DNA from: Candidatus Nomurabacteria bacterium
GTDB lineage: Bacteria > Patescibacteriota > Minisyncoccia > Phycocordibacterales > UBA9973
DNA: 64,000 bases
Assembly: GCA_943348755.1 (NCBI GenBank)
Contig: CALQYS010000001.1
Location: 1,467 to 65,466 of the forward strand
Reading direction: 5' to 3'
The translations under genes and the position numbers were made by a program. Of this stretch, positions 63,794 to 64,000 are shown one piece after another; the first letter of the stretch is position 1, and every line of letters begins with the position of its first letter. A model generated the notes under the pieces. It was not told the origin of the DNA. It saw nothing but the letters and a program-made list of their open reading frames with translations, and did not search any database.

Positions 63794-64000
63794 AATTTTC
63801 TAAAGAACTATCATACTCTTGTGGCGAGTAGCCAAGCATTGTAGGGGACAACGCAAAACCCCTTCCTGAACATTAGGAAGGGGTTGATTTCAAAAAATAA
63901 TTTCTAATAAATTACGAGCTCAAAAGCAACCCTTTCCCAAGTTTGGAAGGGGTATGATGTCTTGATATTCGAGATAGAACGAGGCGGTATCCGCCGAGGC

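Noticed and set aside
1-64000. CRISPR arrays, integrase/transposase genes, prophage structural genes
   Set aside because: No regularly spaced short direct repeats and no recombinase-like ORFs were found. The accessory-looking block at 26.9-36.5 kb lacks mobility genes within the window.
63800-64000. SRP RNA, tmRNA or RNase P RNA at the window end or in 39.2-39.4 kb
   Set aside because: None of the conserved signatures is present (SRP GGAAGCAGCC helix 8 motif, tmRNA GGGGCUGAUUCUGG start or tag reading frame, RNase P GGAAAGUCCGGGCUCC). Reported only as unclassified hairpin clusters.

Overview
Low-GC, gene-dense bacterial chromosome segment with few Shine-Dalgarno sites and many leaderless-looking promoters, so it resembles a small-genome or CPR-like lineage. 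TGA is used as a stop codon. Recognisable core content is: typA, mltG, mnmA, a compact alaS, the infA-rpmJ-rpsM-rpsK-rpsD-rpoA-rplQ-rplM-rpsI ribosomal block, grpE, dnaK and dnaJ, rsmE, cysS, recR, dnaB, trpS, a TrpR-like regulator with trpE/pabB, a complete shikimate/chorismate pathway cluster with three gene fusions (aroA-aroK, aroQ-aroE, tyrA-PDT), aspS/asnS, the riboflavin genes (ribK, ribE, ribH, ribBA, ribD), prs, a pterin dehydratase and hisI. The outstanding feature is a seven-member family of ~550-590 aa cysteine-rich proteins. Each has N- and C-terminal zinc-ribbon-like CxxC modules, an internally duplicated Cys-repeat core and a conserved YCEKCYQQEVY C-terminus. They occur as one singleton at 4.2 kb and two tandem triplets. 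The first triplet is inserted between grpE and dnaK. The second triplet is bracketed by two paralogous FtsK/HerA-superfamily (DUF87/TraD-like) P-loop ATPases. The first ATPase carries a ClpX-like C4 zinc finger whose motif resembles the C-terminal Cys module of the Cys-rich proteins. I read this as a candidate undescribed ATPase plus zinc-ribbon protein system. Other items worth a second look are an aberrant tRNA-like gene beside a tightly punctuated 67-aa 12-Cys mini-protein, and a perfect ACTAGT-centred palindrome upstream of trpE next to a TrpR-like gene. Several intergenic regions carry stacked hairpins.
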